Of a DNA stretch of 64,000 nucleotides, positions 1 through 9,354 are shown piece after piece (the stretch's first letter is position 1; every line of letters begins with the position of its first letter). The notes beneath the pieces are model-generated. The model saw only the letters and a list, made by a program, of their open reading frames with translations, made no database searches and was not told the DNA's origin. Source of the DNA: Candidatus Micrarchaeota archaeon CG10_big_fil_rev_8_21_14_0_10_45_29 (GTDB lineage Archaea; Micrarchaeota; Micrarchaeia; Anstonellales; Anstonellaceae); NCBI GenBank assembly GCA_002778455.1, contig PFCD01000019.1:10243-74242 (forward strand). The letters run 5' to 3'. The position numbers and the translations under genes are program-made.

Positions 1-473
1 GCCGTCTTGAAGCCAAGGTTGTCAAGCATAAACGCCATTGCATTATGAAGTGTGTAGCTGCTCTCCCAAGTCTGCCCATAAGAATCAAGAAGTGAGTTTG
101 TAATTTGTTTCTTTTGAGCAGAATCAACATCCGCTGCAAGCTGTAGATAAATTGCCCTTCCGGCTGCAAGGGTAACTGCTTCAAGCACATCCAGAAAAAC
201 AGGGCTTAGTGAGGGGTATTCCCCGTCTTTTAAGAGGGAATAGGAATAATTGACCTGCCCCACAAAATGCCTGTCTTTTAGAAACAACTTAAGCCCTTCT
301 TCAAAATAAGCGTTTGCCTTGTTGGCGCTTTGCGGGAGGGAGGGATCATAGGTAACGGTGCCTTGTTTTCTAATATTACTTGTAAGAGGAGAGCAAGAAT
401 ATAGAGTGAGTGGAACTATTACTGCCACAATTGCTTTTGCGGCTTTGCCCCCAAAGTTTGATAAAAATGCCAT
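1..473 (-). CDS. Hypothetical secreted or lipoprotein-like protein, partial (continues past the left edge)
   Basis: My own minus-strand translation starts at ATG 473..471: MAFLSNFGGKAAKAIVAVIVPLTLYSCSPL..., a hydrophobic signal-like segment followed by Cys (lipobox-like LYSC). The frame stays open to position 1. It is absent from the ORF track because it is truncated. Confidence 0.5.
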   Translation of the reverse strand, partial: MAFLSNFGGKAAKAIVAVIVPLTLYSCSPLTSNIRKQGTVTYDPSLPQSANKANAYFEEGLKLFLKDRHFVGQVNYSYSLLKDGEYPSLSPVFLDVLEAVTLAAGRAIYLQLAADVDSAQKKQITNSLLDSYGQTWESSYTLHNAMAFMLDNLGFKT

Positions 474-517
474 AGTAACCATAATATTATACTTAGAGCA
501 ATAATATAAATATTTGG

Positions 518-1240
518 TTATTTTATAGGGCGCACAAAATGCATTTTTTTATTGCTTTGCCACACTTCCAGAGTGCACCGCCTTTTCACAGGCAATTCAA
601 ACTGCCCGTCCACGACGGCACCGGCATCGCAGGTGGAATCCACGATTACTTTTGAGCGCACCCCATCCTTTACTATTAGTGGGGAAAAGGTGCGCCTGAA
701 AGGGGCTATTGCGACTATCTGGCAATTGGAAGAGAGAGGGTCCATCTCCGCCCCTCCGCAGGAATAGGCATATGCGCGAGAGCCGGTTGCGGTGGAAAAC
801 ATCAGCCCGTCTGCCTGAAAAGAGAATTTCTTTTTTCCCACAAAAAGGCGCAAATCAACTATGCGGTGCAACCTGTTTCTCACTACCACTTCGTTGAGCG
901 CATCCGGCAGGCGCTTGCCATCCAGTGAGGAGGAGAGCATTGTGCGCCCTTCCAAATAAAATCCGTTTTTTATTATTGGCTCAAGCGCCTGCTTCCATTT
1001 TTCATGGCGCGTGTTGCATATATGGCTGGTTTTTGAGCCGATTGCAAATATGGGCTTGTCATAAAGCCCGTTGTGGTATAGCACTGTGCCGTCCCCGCCT
1101 ATTGTAATTAAAATTTGCGCATTTTGCGGGGGAAGAATTTTTACTCCTGCATGCAAAAGCAATTTTTTTGCTTCTTTCTCAAGCTTGCGCGCCCATGCCT
1201 TTTTTTTATTTAGCAAAATCGCGGCAGAAATTAATTTCAT
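518..1240 (-). CDS. nadK: NAD kinase
   Basis: GGDGT motif (ILITIGGDGTVL) and overall NAD kinase architecture. ATG start at 1240. Confidence 0.85.
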   Translation of the reverse strand: MKLISAAILLNKKKAWARKLEKEAKKLLLHAGVKILPPQNAQILITIGGDGTVLYHNGLYDKPIFAIGSKTSHICNTRHEKWKQALEPIIKNGFYLEGRTMLSSSLDGKRLPDALNEVVVRNRLHRIVDLRLFVGKKKFSFQADGLMFSTATGSRAYAYSCGGAEMDPLSSNCQIVAIAPFRRTFSPLIVKDGVRSKVIVDSTCDAGAVVDGQFELPVKRRCTLEVWQSNKKMHFVRPIK

Positions 1241-1247
1241 AAAAACA

Positions 1248-2093
1248 CTAATTCCATGAAGTTGTTACAGGAAATATTAGCACCTCATCGGTTAAATTTG
1301 ATTCTGGGGATGAGGGCGTGGCGCTTATTTGCACATATCCGGTGCATTCCTGGTTTGCTGCCAAAGAGCGGGCGGTTATTTCCCAATCCTGCGAGCCGCC
1401 GGAAGCCAGAGTAACCGAGGCGGGGGAGGAGATGTCAAAGCCCGTGCATGTGTTGTGCGCGTATGTGCGCACAAAATCATAAGATTCGTTTGCGTCGTTT
1501 TTTATTGTAAGGGTGTCGCCTATTCCTGCATCAAAGTAAAAGCCCCTCTTGTTTGCCCATATTCCGTTGTCTGGGCGTATTATTACGTGCGTGCCGTTGC
1601 TTGAGACATGCATTACGTGGCTTCCGGCGCTTTGCGGCCACCAGCCGCTTAAATTAAAGCCTACCGTGGTAAACGCATCCCCGAAGCCGCGCACATAAAG
1701 GCGGATGGTTCCCCCGGAAATGCTGCTGTTTGAGAGCAGAGTTGCTTCCGGAATGTCTATAAAATAAGTTGCCTGCGCGCCTGCTCCTTGCGCCCATACG
1801 TTTTTTGCGCCGTATGCGAGTGTGGAAATAACAGAGTTTGCCTGCACCTGCTGTGCGTATGTTGCCTGCTGGCTGTAAATTGAACCGAATATTATTACAA
1901 CAAGCACAAGCATTGCAAACATTATTGCCAATACTATGGAATATTCGGAGGAAATCTGCCCTTTTTTCCCGAATCCCGCAAATCCAAAAACATTCCCGCT
2001 TTCTTGAGTTTTTTTGAAAATAGCCGCTTTCCCCGATTGCACTGCCAAGCCAAAGCAATTCCTGTTTTTTTGAAAATTTTCCAAAAAGCCCAT
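1248..2093 (-). CDS. Archaeal type IV pilin-like protein (class III signal peptide)
   Basis: FGKKGQ/ISSEYSIVLAIMFAMLVLVVIIFGSIY resembles a prepilin-peptidase cleavage site followed by a hydrophobic helix. The remainder is beta-rich with N-x-S/T sites. The leader is unusually long if the start at 2093 is correct. Confidence 0.6.
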   Translation of the reverse strand: MGFLENFQKNRNCFGLAVQSGKAAIFKKTQESGNVFGFAGFGKKGQISSEYSIVLAIMFAMLVLVVIIFGSIYSQQATYAQQVQANSVISTLAYGAKNVWAQGAGAQATYFIDIPEATLLSNSSISGGTIRLYVRGFGDAFTTVGFNLSGWWPQSAGSHVMHVSSNGTHVIIRPDNGIWANKRGFYFDAGIGDTLTIKNDANESYDFVRTYAHNTCTGFDISSPASVTLASGGSQDWEITARSLAANQECTGYVQISATPSSPESNLTDEVLIFPVTTSWN

Positions 2094-2144
2094 AGATAGA
2101 TGTAAAACTTGCGCTTTTTAAGCAGTTCTGCCCAAAAAAGATTT

Positions 2145-2750
2145 ATGCAAATTGTTGCAATACCACCTCACGGCAAGGCGCTCTCTCTTGCAAACGCTCT
2201 GCTTGGCATGGGAGAGGTTATTTGCTATCCCACAGACACTATTTACGGGCTTGGGGCTGATGCCACAAATGCTCAGGCAGTGCAAAAAGTGCTTGAAATA
2301 AAGGGCTCGTCCGCACAAAAACCGCTTTCCGCGATATTTTCAGGCTGGGAAATGGCTTCAAAATATGTGAAAATTGACGAGGGGGCGCGCCAAATGCTTG
2401 AGAAAATTACGCCCGGCCCTTTTACTTTTATTTTGCCGCTGAAAAAAAAGCTTGCTGCAAGCAAAAACAAATATTTGGGATGTAGGGTGCCTGATAATAA
2501 GTTTTGCCTGCAAATTTGCGAAAAATTCGGCAAGCCAATAATAAGCACAAGCGCGAATTTATCCGGGCAGTCGCCTGTTTCCAATTTGGCTTTGCTGGAT
2601 GAGGAAATTTCCCAAAAAATTTCCCTTGCGATTGACGGGGGGGAATGCGAATTTTCGCAAGGCTCTACCATAATAGATGTTGAAAATAAAAAAATTATTA
2701 GAAAAGGCGCGGGGCTGCAAATTGCCCAAAAATGGCTTGAGAAGTTGTAG
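2145..2750 (+). CDS. tsaC: L-threonylcarbamoyladenylate synthase, YrdC/TsaC/Sua5 domain
   Basis: VICYPTDTIYGLGADATN and PIISTSANLSGQ motifs typical of YrdC/Sua5. The track start at 2109 is TTG, so I moved the start to the first ATG at 2145. Confidence 0.85.
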   Translation: MQIVAIPPHGKALSLANALLGMGEVICYPTDTIYGLGADATNAQAVQKVLEIKGSSAQKPLSAIFSGWEMASKYVKIDEGARQMLEKITPGPFTFILPLKKKLAASKNKYLGCRVPDNKFCLQICEKFGKPIISTSANLSGQSPVSNLALLDEEISQKISLAIDGGECEFSQGSTIIDVENKKIIRKGAGLQIAQKWLEKL

Positions 2751-2824
2751 GGCGGCAAAAATTGGCTTGAAAGCTTGGATGAGAAAACGCTTGAAGGGAA
2801 ATATGCTTGTGAAGGTTTGTTTTT

Positions 2825-3415
2825 ATGCAAGAGATTAAGATTAGCGTTCCTGACTCTGTTTATGCGCCTATGGAGGATTCGCGCCTTCTTGCAAAGGCTG
2901 CCGCGCAAAAATGCTTTGGAAAAATCCTTGAAATAGGATGCGGCAGCGGGTTTGTGTGCATCAGCTTGGCAAAAATCAAGCCAGGCGCAAAAGTGATTGC
3001 CTGCGACATAAATAAGGCGGCGGTTGCTGCATGCAAGAAAAATGCAAAAACAAATGGGGTGAGAATAGGGGTTTTTGAATCAGATTTATTTTCCAGTATA
3101 GAAAAAGGGGAAAAATTTGATTTTATTTTATTCAACCCGCCTTATTTGCCAACAGAAGAAAAAGAAAAAGTTAAGGGAAATTTGAATTTTGCCTTTGACG
3201 GCGGGAAAAGCGGGCTTGAGGCGGTGTTTAGGTTTTTGGAGGAAGCGGGGAAATACTTGAAAAAAGGCGGAAAAATTTTGCTTGTTGCCTCAGATGCCGC
3301 AAATTTGAAGAAATTGCGCTCAAAAATAAAAAAATGCAAATTTTCTTATAAAATAATAGGGAAGGAAAGCTTTTTCTTTGAGAGAATATATGTATACATG
3401 CTAAAGAGAGATTAA
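2825..3415 (+). CDS. HemK/Mtq2-type N5-glutamine (release factor) methyltransferase
   Basis: SAM-binding motif ILEIGCGSG and catalytic NPPY (ILFNPPYLPTEE). The N-terminus (VYAPMEDSRLL) is typical of the archaeal Mtq2-like group. Confidence 0.8.
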   Translation: MQEIKISVPDSVYAPMEDSRLLAKAAAQKCFGKILEIGCGSGFVCISLAKIKPGAKVIACDINKAAVAACKKNAKTNGVRIGVFESDLFSSIEKGEKFDFILFNPPYLPTEEKEKVKGNLNFAFDGGKSGLEAVFRFLEEAGKYLKKGGKILLVASDAANLKKLRSKIKKCKFSYKIIGKESFFFERIYVYMLKRD

Positions 3416-3416
3416 T

Positions 3417-4121
3417 ATGCCAAAGTTTCGTTTTGTGTTAATTGAGCCCGAGTATGAGATGAATCTGGGCGCGGCGGCGCGGCTTATGAAAAATTTTTCG
3501 CAAAAGCCGCTTTATTTGGTAAATCCGGACTGCCATATCGGCTTTACCGCGAGAATGCACTCAAAACACGCGTTTGATATTTTGAAAAAGGCAAAAATTT
3601 GCAAAAATATTGAGGAGGCAGTTAAGGGCTGCGAGATGGTTGTTGGCACAAGCGGCATTTTGCACAGGCATAAGCAAGTATTGCGCCACCCAATAACTAT
3701 ACGGGAATTTAAGGAAAAAGCAACTTCTGTTAAAGGAGAGGTTGCAATTTTGTTTGGGAGGGAAGGAATTGGCTTACGCAAGGAGGAAATTGAAAAATGC
3801 GACTTGCTTATAACAATTCCGACAAGCAAAAAATACCCTATAATGAATTTGAGCCATGCAATGGCAATAGTGCTTTACGAATTGTGCGCAAGCAGAAAAA
3901 GGGCCGCAACTGCGGGGGAGAGGGAAAATGAGGGGGAAAGGCGGCATTTGCTGAAAATATTTGACTCCCTTGTAGAGGGGGCAGAAAAGATGAAAAAGCC
4001 TAAAAAGGCAAAAATTGCATTCAGAAGAATTTTGGCAAGGGCGATGGCGGATGAGCTGGAAGTGAGGGCACTGCTGGCGGCTTTTTCAAGGATAGAAAAA
4101 ATAAAGGGGCATCAAGCCTGA
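3417..4121 (+). CDS. SpoU/TrmH-family RNA 2'-O-methyltransferase (TrmJ-like)
   Basis: N-terminus FRFVLIEPEYEMNLGAAARLMKNF and LLITIPT...PIMNLSHAMAIVLYEL match SPOUT knot motifs. The ATG is 1 nt after the preceding stop. Confidence 0.75.
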   Translation: MPKFRFVLIEPEYEMNLGAAARLMKNFSQKPLYLVNPDCHIGFTARMHSKHAFDILKKAKICKNIEEAVKGCEMVVGTSGILHRHKQVLRHPITIREFKEKATSVKGEVAILFGREGIGLRKEEIEKCDLLITIPTSKKYPIMNLSHAMAIVLYELCASRKRAATAGERENEGERRHLLKIFDSLVEGAEKMKKPKKAKIAFRRILARAMADELEVRALLAAFSRIEKIKGHQA

Positions 4122-5542
4122 TTTTTATCCACCTCTGCCATCAGCTGATGCACCATCCCCATCACCTGCTTCTGGGATGAACCCCCGAAAGATTCTCGGA
4201 GAAGCGCGGTTTTTCCTGTGCAGAAGTTTGCAAGGCTTGGCATGTTTTCAAATGAAATTTTCTTGCCAAGCAGGTCTTGGGCGCAGGAGGAGAGCATTTT
4301 GGAGTCAATTTCGCGGAGGGAATTTTTTATCATCTTGTTTTTGATGATATGCTTCACTATTTTGTAGCTTTCGCGAAAAGATAGCCCGGAAGAGATTGCA
4401 AGCTCTATAGTGTAATCCGGCGCGGATGAGAAATTTATTTCTGCGGTATTTTGCATTTTTTCCGTGTCAAATTCACATGTCTTTATGATGCCCTCAAGCA
4501 AAATGAGCGTAGGCCCCACTAACTCCAGCGCGTCAAATATTACTCCTTTTGTCTCCTGCGTATCCCGGTTGAAGCCGGAGGGCAGGCAGCCCATCATCAT
4601 AAAAAGCGTTTGCTGGGCCCCCATTATTTTCGCGCAGTTGGCGCGCATCACCTCCAAAGTATCCGGATTCTCAAGGTTTGGCTGGGCGGTGCCTCCTGTG
4701 GTGTATTTGGATGAAATTTTCAAAAATCCGAACTCATGCGTCGAGAAAAGTATAAGCTCTCCCACAAAGCGCTTTATGTGCAAAGCCATCAGAGAGAGGT
4801 CTGAGAGGATTTTTATCTCAATTTCCCCCCGCTGGTTTGCGGTGTAAAGTGCATTCTCGGTAGGCTTTGAGAAGCCGAGCGCATTGGCAGTATAATGCCT
4901 GTCGATGTTTGCACAGGTGCCAGACATCTCAAATATTCCAAGCGGGCATTTATTTATTTGCGCTAAATCATATTCCAAATTGTGCAAATCATCAAGGAAA
5001 TGGTATGCCTTTGAGCATAGGAAAAAACCCAAAGTTATGGGCTGAGATATGCGCAGGTGAGTGTAGCCAGGCATTATTGTCTGGGTGTGTCCTTCTGAAA
5101 TTTGCGCAAGCGTAAGTATAAGCTTTTTTAGCAATTGGCAGTTTTTATTCAGCTCATCCTTGTAAAAAAGGCGCAGGTCGGTGTAAACCTGGTCGTTTCT
5201 TGCGATTGCAAGGCGCACGTTTCCGCCTATTTCCATCCCAAGCTTTGAGATTATGTATTGCTCCACGTTGGAATGCACGTCCTCAAGCTCGACTTTCATT
5301 TGGAATTTTCCCAGTGTGTCAAGCTCTTTTATTTCCTCAAGCACGGCGGTTATTTTTGAGTTGTCCTCGTTTTTTAGAAGCCCCCTTTTTGAGAGCATGT
5401 CTATGTGCACCTTTATCACCTTAAGCTCATAAGGGACAAGCTTTTTGTCAAGGATAATATCTTTTCCTGCAGTATAGTTTAACGCAGGCGCGCTTATGCC
5501 CTTCCCTTCCCAAAGAGGATTAGATGCTGTATTCATTTTCAT
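4112..5542 (-). CDS. argH: Fumarate-lyase superfamily protein, argininosuccinate lyase-like with a degenerate signature loop
   Basis: ARNDQVYTDLRL (C1) and GYTHLRISQPIT (C2) match ASL. The superfamily signature GSSxMPxKxN is replaced by GGTAQPNLENPD. A GAGGTGA Shine-Dalgarno motif lies immediately upstream of ATG 5542. The gene overlaps the end of argG. Confidence 0.7.
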   Translation of the reverse strand: MKMNTASNPLWEGKGISAPALNYTAGKDIILDKKLVPYELKVIKVHIDMLSKRGLLKNEDNSKITAVLEEIKELDTLGKFQMKVELEDVHSNVEQYIISKLGMEIGGNVRLAIARNDQVYTDLRLFYKDELNKNCQLLKKLILTLAQISEGHTQTIMPGYTHLRISQPITLGFFLCSKAYHFLDDLHNLEYDLAQINKCPLGIFEMSGTCANIDRHYTANALGFSKPTENALYTANQRGEIEIKILSDLSLMALHIKRFVGELILFSTHEFGFLKISSKYTTGGTAQPNLENPDTLEVMRANCAKIMGAQQTLFMMMGCLPSGFNRDTQETKGVIFDALELVGPTLILLEGIIKTCEFDTEKMQNTAEINFSSAPDYTIELAISSGLSFRESYKIVKHIIKNKMIKNSLREIDSKMLSSCAQDLLGKKISFENMPSLANFCTGKTALLRESFGGSSQKQVMGMVHQLMAEVDKNQA

Positions 5543-6674
5543 TCACCTCGCTAAATTTCACGCATTCGTACCCGTTTATCAAGTCTATTTTTTTGCCGCT
5601 TGTGTTATACATGGAATTTTTGGATTTTACCCCTACTGCCTCTATTTTTCCAGCAGAGAGCTTTATTTTCACCTCGCCATTCACATGCTTTTGGGTTTTG
5701 AGGATAAATGCCTCAACGGCGTCCTTTGCGGGGGAATAGAAAAACACGTCATAGCACAGCTCCGCCCATTTTGCGTTCATTTGCTGCTTTAGCAAAAGAG
5801 TTGACTTGGGCAAAGTGAGGCTCTCAAGCTTTTTGTGCGCCTCTATGAGGATGTGCGCCGCCGGCGCCTCGTATATGTAGCGCCCTTTCCCGCCGTGTAT
5901 CTGGTCTTCCACCAAATCAGTTATTCCCACGGCATATTTTTTCCCTATTTTATTCAGCTCATCTATTATTTGCTGCAGCCCCTTTTTCTCCCCGTTGAGG
6001 GAAACCGCCTCTCCCCCCTCAAAGCCGATTTGAATTATTTCCTCCCCTCCCTGAGCAGGATGCTGGCTCCATGTAAGGCAGTCTTGAGGATATTGCTCCC
6101 ATGCATCCTCTATCGCGCCGTAGTTTGCAGAGTTGCCCCACATGTTGTCATCATAGCTGTAAGGCTTTGAGGAGGAGATGGGAATCGGGATATTGTGCTC
6201 TTCCGCAAAAATTGTCTCCTCTGCCCGCGAGGGGTTCCATTTTGCTATTGGGCAGACTATCTGGCATTGGGGGTAAAGCTGGGAAAAATAAAGCATAAAG
6301 CGCGATGCGTCGCTTCCCTTTCCTTTGCACCCGTTTGCAATCAGCGTTATTTCTTTCTCTTTTGCAAGCTTTGCAAGCTTTTTTACCATAATGGCGCGCG
6401 CAAGAGAAGTGGAAAGCGCGTATTTTCCCTCATAAAGCGCGTTGGCGCAAATAGCAGGTTTTAGGCATTGATGCACAAAGTCCTCTTTTGCGTCCAATAC
6501 AAGCGCCTCTTTTGCGCCAAGCTTTAGCGCCTTTTGGCGCATTGCCTGCAAATCCTCCATCTGCCCCAAATCCACGCTTGCGGCTATTACATCATAGCCT
6601 TCTTCCACAAGCTTGTAGACGCAGACAGAAGTATCAAGCCCTCCGCTGTATGCCAATAATATTTTTTCTGCCAT
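5520..6674 (-). CDS. argG: Argininosuccinate synthase
   Basis: N-terminal AYSGGLDTS ATP-pyrophosphatase motif and full-length similarity pattern. The track start at 6683 is GTG; the first ATG at 6674 gives MAEKILLAYSGGLDTS. Confidence 0.9.
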   Translation of the reverse strand: MAEKILLAYSGGLDTSVCVYKLVEEGYDVIAASVDLGQMEDLQAMRQKALKLGAKEALVLDAKEDFVHQCLKPAICANALYEGKYALSTSLARAIMVKKLAKLAKEKEITLIANGCKGKGSDASRFMLYFSQLYPQCQIVCPIAKWNPSRAEETIFAEEHNIPIPISSSKPYSYDDNMWGNSANYGAIEDAWEQYPQDCLTWSQHPAQGGEEIIQIGFEGGEAVSLNGEKKGLQQIIDELNKIGKKYAVGITDLVEDQIHGGKGRYIYEAPAAHILIEAHKKLESLTLPKSTLLLKQQMNAKWAELCYDVFFYSPAKDAVEAFILKTQKHVNGEVKIKLSAGKIEAVGVKSKNSMYNTSGKKIDLINGYECVKFSEVNENEYSI

Positions 6675-6700
6675 AATAATCACAGAAATTAAATGCTGCC

Positions 6701-6840
6701 GGCTCTATTTAAATAATTTTGCAAAAATTACAAAAAAATATAAATTAGTTGTAAGAAATTTTACAAAGGAAAAATTAGGGAAATAAGCTAAAGGCAAATA
6801 AAAAATTTAGGAAAACAGGCTAAATGTTAAGAAAATAAAA
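6701..6840. other. AT-rich intergenic tract, candidate duplex-unwinding or origin-associated region
   Basis: The tract is visibly much more A/T-rich than its flanks. It contains an imperfect direct repeat of about 25 bp (6768..6793 and 6798..6826, core AAAAATT(T)AGG(G)AAA..GCTAAA). It lies about 0.5 kb upstream of orc1/cdc6, with only sepF between them. Confidence 0.3.
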
Positions 6841-6888
6841 AGCGCGCCCGAAGAGGTGGAAAACACGGGCGGCAGGAAAAAAGAAAAA

Positions 6889-7263
6889 TTAATGCCTCTT
6901 TGTTTTTATGATTTTCACTTTTGAGGGGGTAAGCAATATCTTGTCCTCGTCAATTCGCGCTATGTCCCCGTTTATTTTGTGCATGTGCGTCTTTATGTTA
7001 TCTACAACCATTTTCAGCTTCGCCGTGTTTTTCTTCATGCCAGACACGTTGAGAAGCACAAGGTTTTTTGCCTTAAGCTCGTCAAGCACCACTGTGACGT
7101 CGCTCTCTGAATGAAGCGATATCGGCTTTACATAAAAGTCCGCCGCTTCATGAAGCACGTCAACGCTGTCCATCTCCACAGAGTCGATTACCTCGTCTAT
7201 GTTGTCCACTTCCTCGCTCTGGGTTATCCCCAAAGATTTTGAGACACTGTCAAAAAAGCCCAT
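6889..7263 (-). CDS. sepF: Cell division protein SepF (archaeal)
   Basis: C-terminal domain VKPISLHSESDVTVVLDELKAKNLVLLNVSGM...INGDIARIDEDKILLTPSKV matches the SepF/DUF552 pattern. A GAGGTGGA Shine-Dalgarno motif precedes ATG 7263; the track start at 7272 is GTG. Confidence 0.7.
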   Translation of the reverse strand: MGFFDSVSKSLGITQSEEVDNIDEVIDSVEMDSVDVLHEAADFYVKPISLHSESDVTVVLDELKAKNLVLLNVSGMKKNTAKLKMVVDNIKTHMHKINGDIARIDEDKILLTPSKVKIIKTKRH

Positions 7264-7394
7264 CCAATCCACCTCATAGCTTTCGCGCTATAGATGTTAA
7301 ACTATGTATAGGATTATTAATAAGCATTCTCCTTTTTGCGCATATGTGTGGTTGCAAGTAAAAAAATAAGAAAAAATAAGGGTTTTGAAGCATT

Positions 7395-8690
7395 ATGCAA
7401 AAGCTTTTTCAAATCCAGCATGCCAAATTAGAAAATATGACTACATTTGAGGACATACTCTCCGCGCCTAGCGTTTTTGAGAACAGGAATGTGCTCTCTC
7501 CCCACTTTGTGCCAAAAGAACTCCCATTTAGGGATAATGAGATAAAGCGGGTGATGGTTGCTGTGGCGCCGGCGCTGGCGGGGGAGAGGCCCAGAAACCT
7601 TTTTATTTACGGAAAAACCGGCACAGGAAAAACATGCACAGTGCGCAGGGTGATGAAAGAGTTTGAAGAGCAGAAAACAAGCGCGCAAAATGTTTACATA
7701 AATTGCAGAATGTACAATTCGCGCTATAGGGTGGTGCAGAGAATAGCCAAGCAGTTTATTCCCGAGCTTGACAAGTCCGGGTTCGGGCTTTCGCATTTTT
7801 ATGAAAAGCTTATAGAATACATAAAAACAGGGGAGCAGAGGAGGCTTCTTATCATAATGGATGAGGTGGATATGGTAAAGGATTTGGATGAGCTTATTTA
7901 CACCATAACCCGCATGAATGACGAGCTTGATGTCGGCTCTATTTCCATAATAGGAATAACAAATCGGCTTAATTTCAAAGATGTGCTGGACCCGCGAAGC
8001 AAATCCTCCCTTTGCGAGACAGAGATGGTTTTTACCCCGTATACCCCTACGCAATTGCGCGCAATTTTAGAGCAGAGGGGAAAAGAAGGGTTTAAGGAAG
8101 GGGCTGTGCACGAATCTGCGGTGAATTTGGCGGCGGCAATTGCTGCCCAGGAAACGGGGGATGCGCGCTATGCGCTCAAGCTTTTGCTAAAGGCAGGTGA
8201 ATTTGCGGATGAGAGAAAAATTTCAATGGTAACAGATAAGGAAGTGGAGGAGGCAAGAAGAAACGTTGATATTGATTTGGCAACAGAGACTATTGCCACT
8301 TTGCCTGCGCACCAGCAGCTTGTGCTTCTCTCTGTTTGCAGCCTTTCATTAAAAGGGGCAAGCTATGCAAAGCTTGGAAATTCGGATGCAGAGAGAAACC
8401 TTATGTCAGGGGAAGTGTATGAGGAGTATTCAAAAATGTGCAGAAAATACAAAAAACCAAAGCGCTCCGCGCGCTGGTATAGGGAATACCTCAATGACTT
8501 GGAAATGCTTGGGCTTATTACAACCATAGAATCAGGAAGGGGAATGCGGGGGCACACCCGCCTCATAAAGCCGGGCTATGATGCTGAGCAGATGAGAAAA
8601 ATAATTATGGAGCAGTCATTTGCAAAAGACGTGCAGTTTGCCTCGCCAAAGCAGAGCACCCTCTCGCTTGATGGTGAGGAGGGGCAATAG
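7395..8690 (+). CDS. cdc6: Orc1/Cdc6 replication initiator (copy 1)
   Basis: Walker A (IYGKTGTGKT), Walker B (LLIIMDEVD) and a C-terminal winged-helix region (YLNDLEMLGLITT). Confidence 0.9.
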   Translation: MQKLFQIQHAKLENMTTFEDILSAPSVFENRNVLSPHFVPKELPFRDNEIKRVMVAVAPALAGERPRNLFIYGKTGTGKTCTVRRVMKEFEEQKTSAQNVYINCRMYNSRYRVVQRIAKQFIPELDKSGFGLSHFYEKLIEYIKTGEQRRLLIIMDEVDMVKDLDELIYTITRMNDELDVGSISIIGITNRLNFKDVLDPRSKSSLCETEMVFTPYTPTQLRAILEQRGKEGFKEGAVHESAVNLAAAIAAQETGDARYALKLLLKAGEFADERKISMVTDKEVEEARRNVDIDLATETIATLPAHQQLVLLSVCSLSLKGASYAKLGNSDAERNLMSGEVYEEYSKMCRKYKKPKRSARWYREYLNDLEMLGLITTIESGRGMRGHTRLIKPGYDAEQMRKIIMEQSFAKDVQFASPKQSTLSLDGEEGQ

Positions 8691-8753
8691 AATTTGAAAT
8701 ACGGGCAGGAGAAAGGTTCAATCCCGCCAAATTGGCGAATTGGAAATGGTTTT

Positions 8754-9308
8754 ATGAAAAAAGAAATTTCAAGGCTTTTGTTTGAGGCAGGGCTTCTAAA
8801 GACAGTAAGGAGAAGCGGATGGGATATTGCAAGGGCTCCGCGCGAGAGCGTTGCAGAGCATGTGTATCGCACCTGCATAGTGGGGATGGTGCTTGCAAAA
8901 ATGGCAAAATTAAATGAAAAGGAAGAGCTTCTTTTGCTAAAAGCATGTGCATTGCATGATTTGCATGAGGCAAGGGTTGGGGATTTGCATAAATTGGCGC
9001 AAAAATACGTGAAAGTAAATTCAAAAGAGGTGGAAGAGAGTATGCTTGAGGGCGCGGGTGAGCCGATAAAGAAGAGCTTTGAGGGGGCGCTATATGGCTT
9101 GCCGCAAAAAATAAAAAATTATTTAGAGGATGCTGATAAAATAGAGTGCGCAATTACTGCAAAAGAGTATGTTGATTTGGGATATCGCACAAATACATGG
9201 ATTGAGAATGTGAAAAAAAGAGTTAAAACAAAAGAGGGAAAAGAGCTTCTTGTAAATATTTTGAAATTTGATTCGCAGTCTCTCTTGTATGATATACGAA
9301 AAAAATAG
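8754..9308 (+). CDS. HD-domain phosphohydrolase (YfbR-like 5'-nucleotidase family)
   Basis: RSGW...ESVAEHVYRT...ALHDLHEARVGD carries the H...HD...D metal-binding pattern. The track start at 8694 is TTG; the first ATG is at 8754. Confidence 0.75.
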   Translation: MKKEISRLLFEAGLLKTVRRSGWDIARAPRESVAEHVYRTCIVGMVLAKMAKLNEKEELLLLKACALHDLHEARVGDLHKLAQKYVKVNSKEVEESMLEGAGEPIKKSFEGALYGLPQKIKNYLEDADKIECAITAKEYVDLGYRTNTWIENVKKRVKTKEGKELLVNILKFDSQSLLYDIRKK

Positions 9309-9354
9309 GAAAACATTGTATAAAAATAGAAAAATATAAAAAATAAAAAAGAAG

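Noticed and set aside
6855-6864. GGTGGAAAAC as a mini-ORB (origin recognition box)
   Set aside because: Only a single copy sits near the AT-rich tract, with no inverted partner. The same decamer also occurs inside nadK (about 788..797), so it may be chance.
7428-8054. 208-aa minus-strand ORF inside orc1/cdc6 copy 1
   Set aside because: It is antisense to a gene with intact Walker A/B and winged-helix motifs and has implausible composition, so it is a shadow ORF. The same reasoning applies to 13777..14279 inside cdc6 copy 2.
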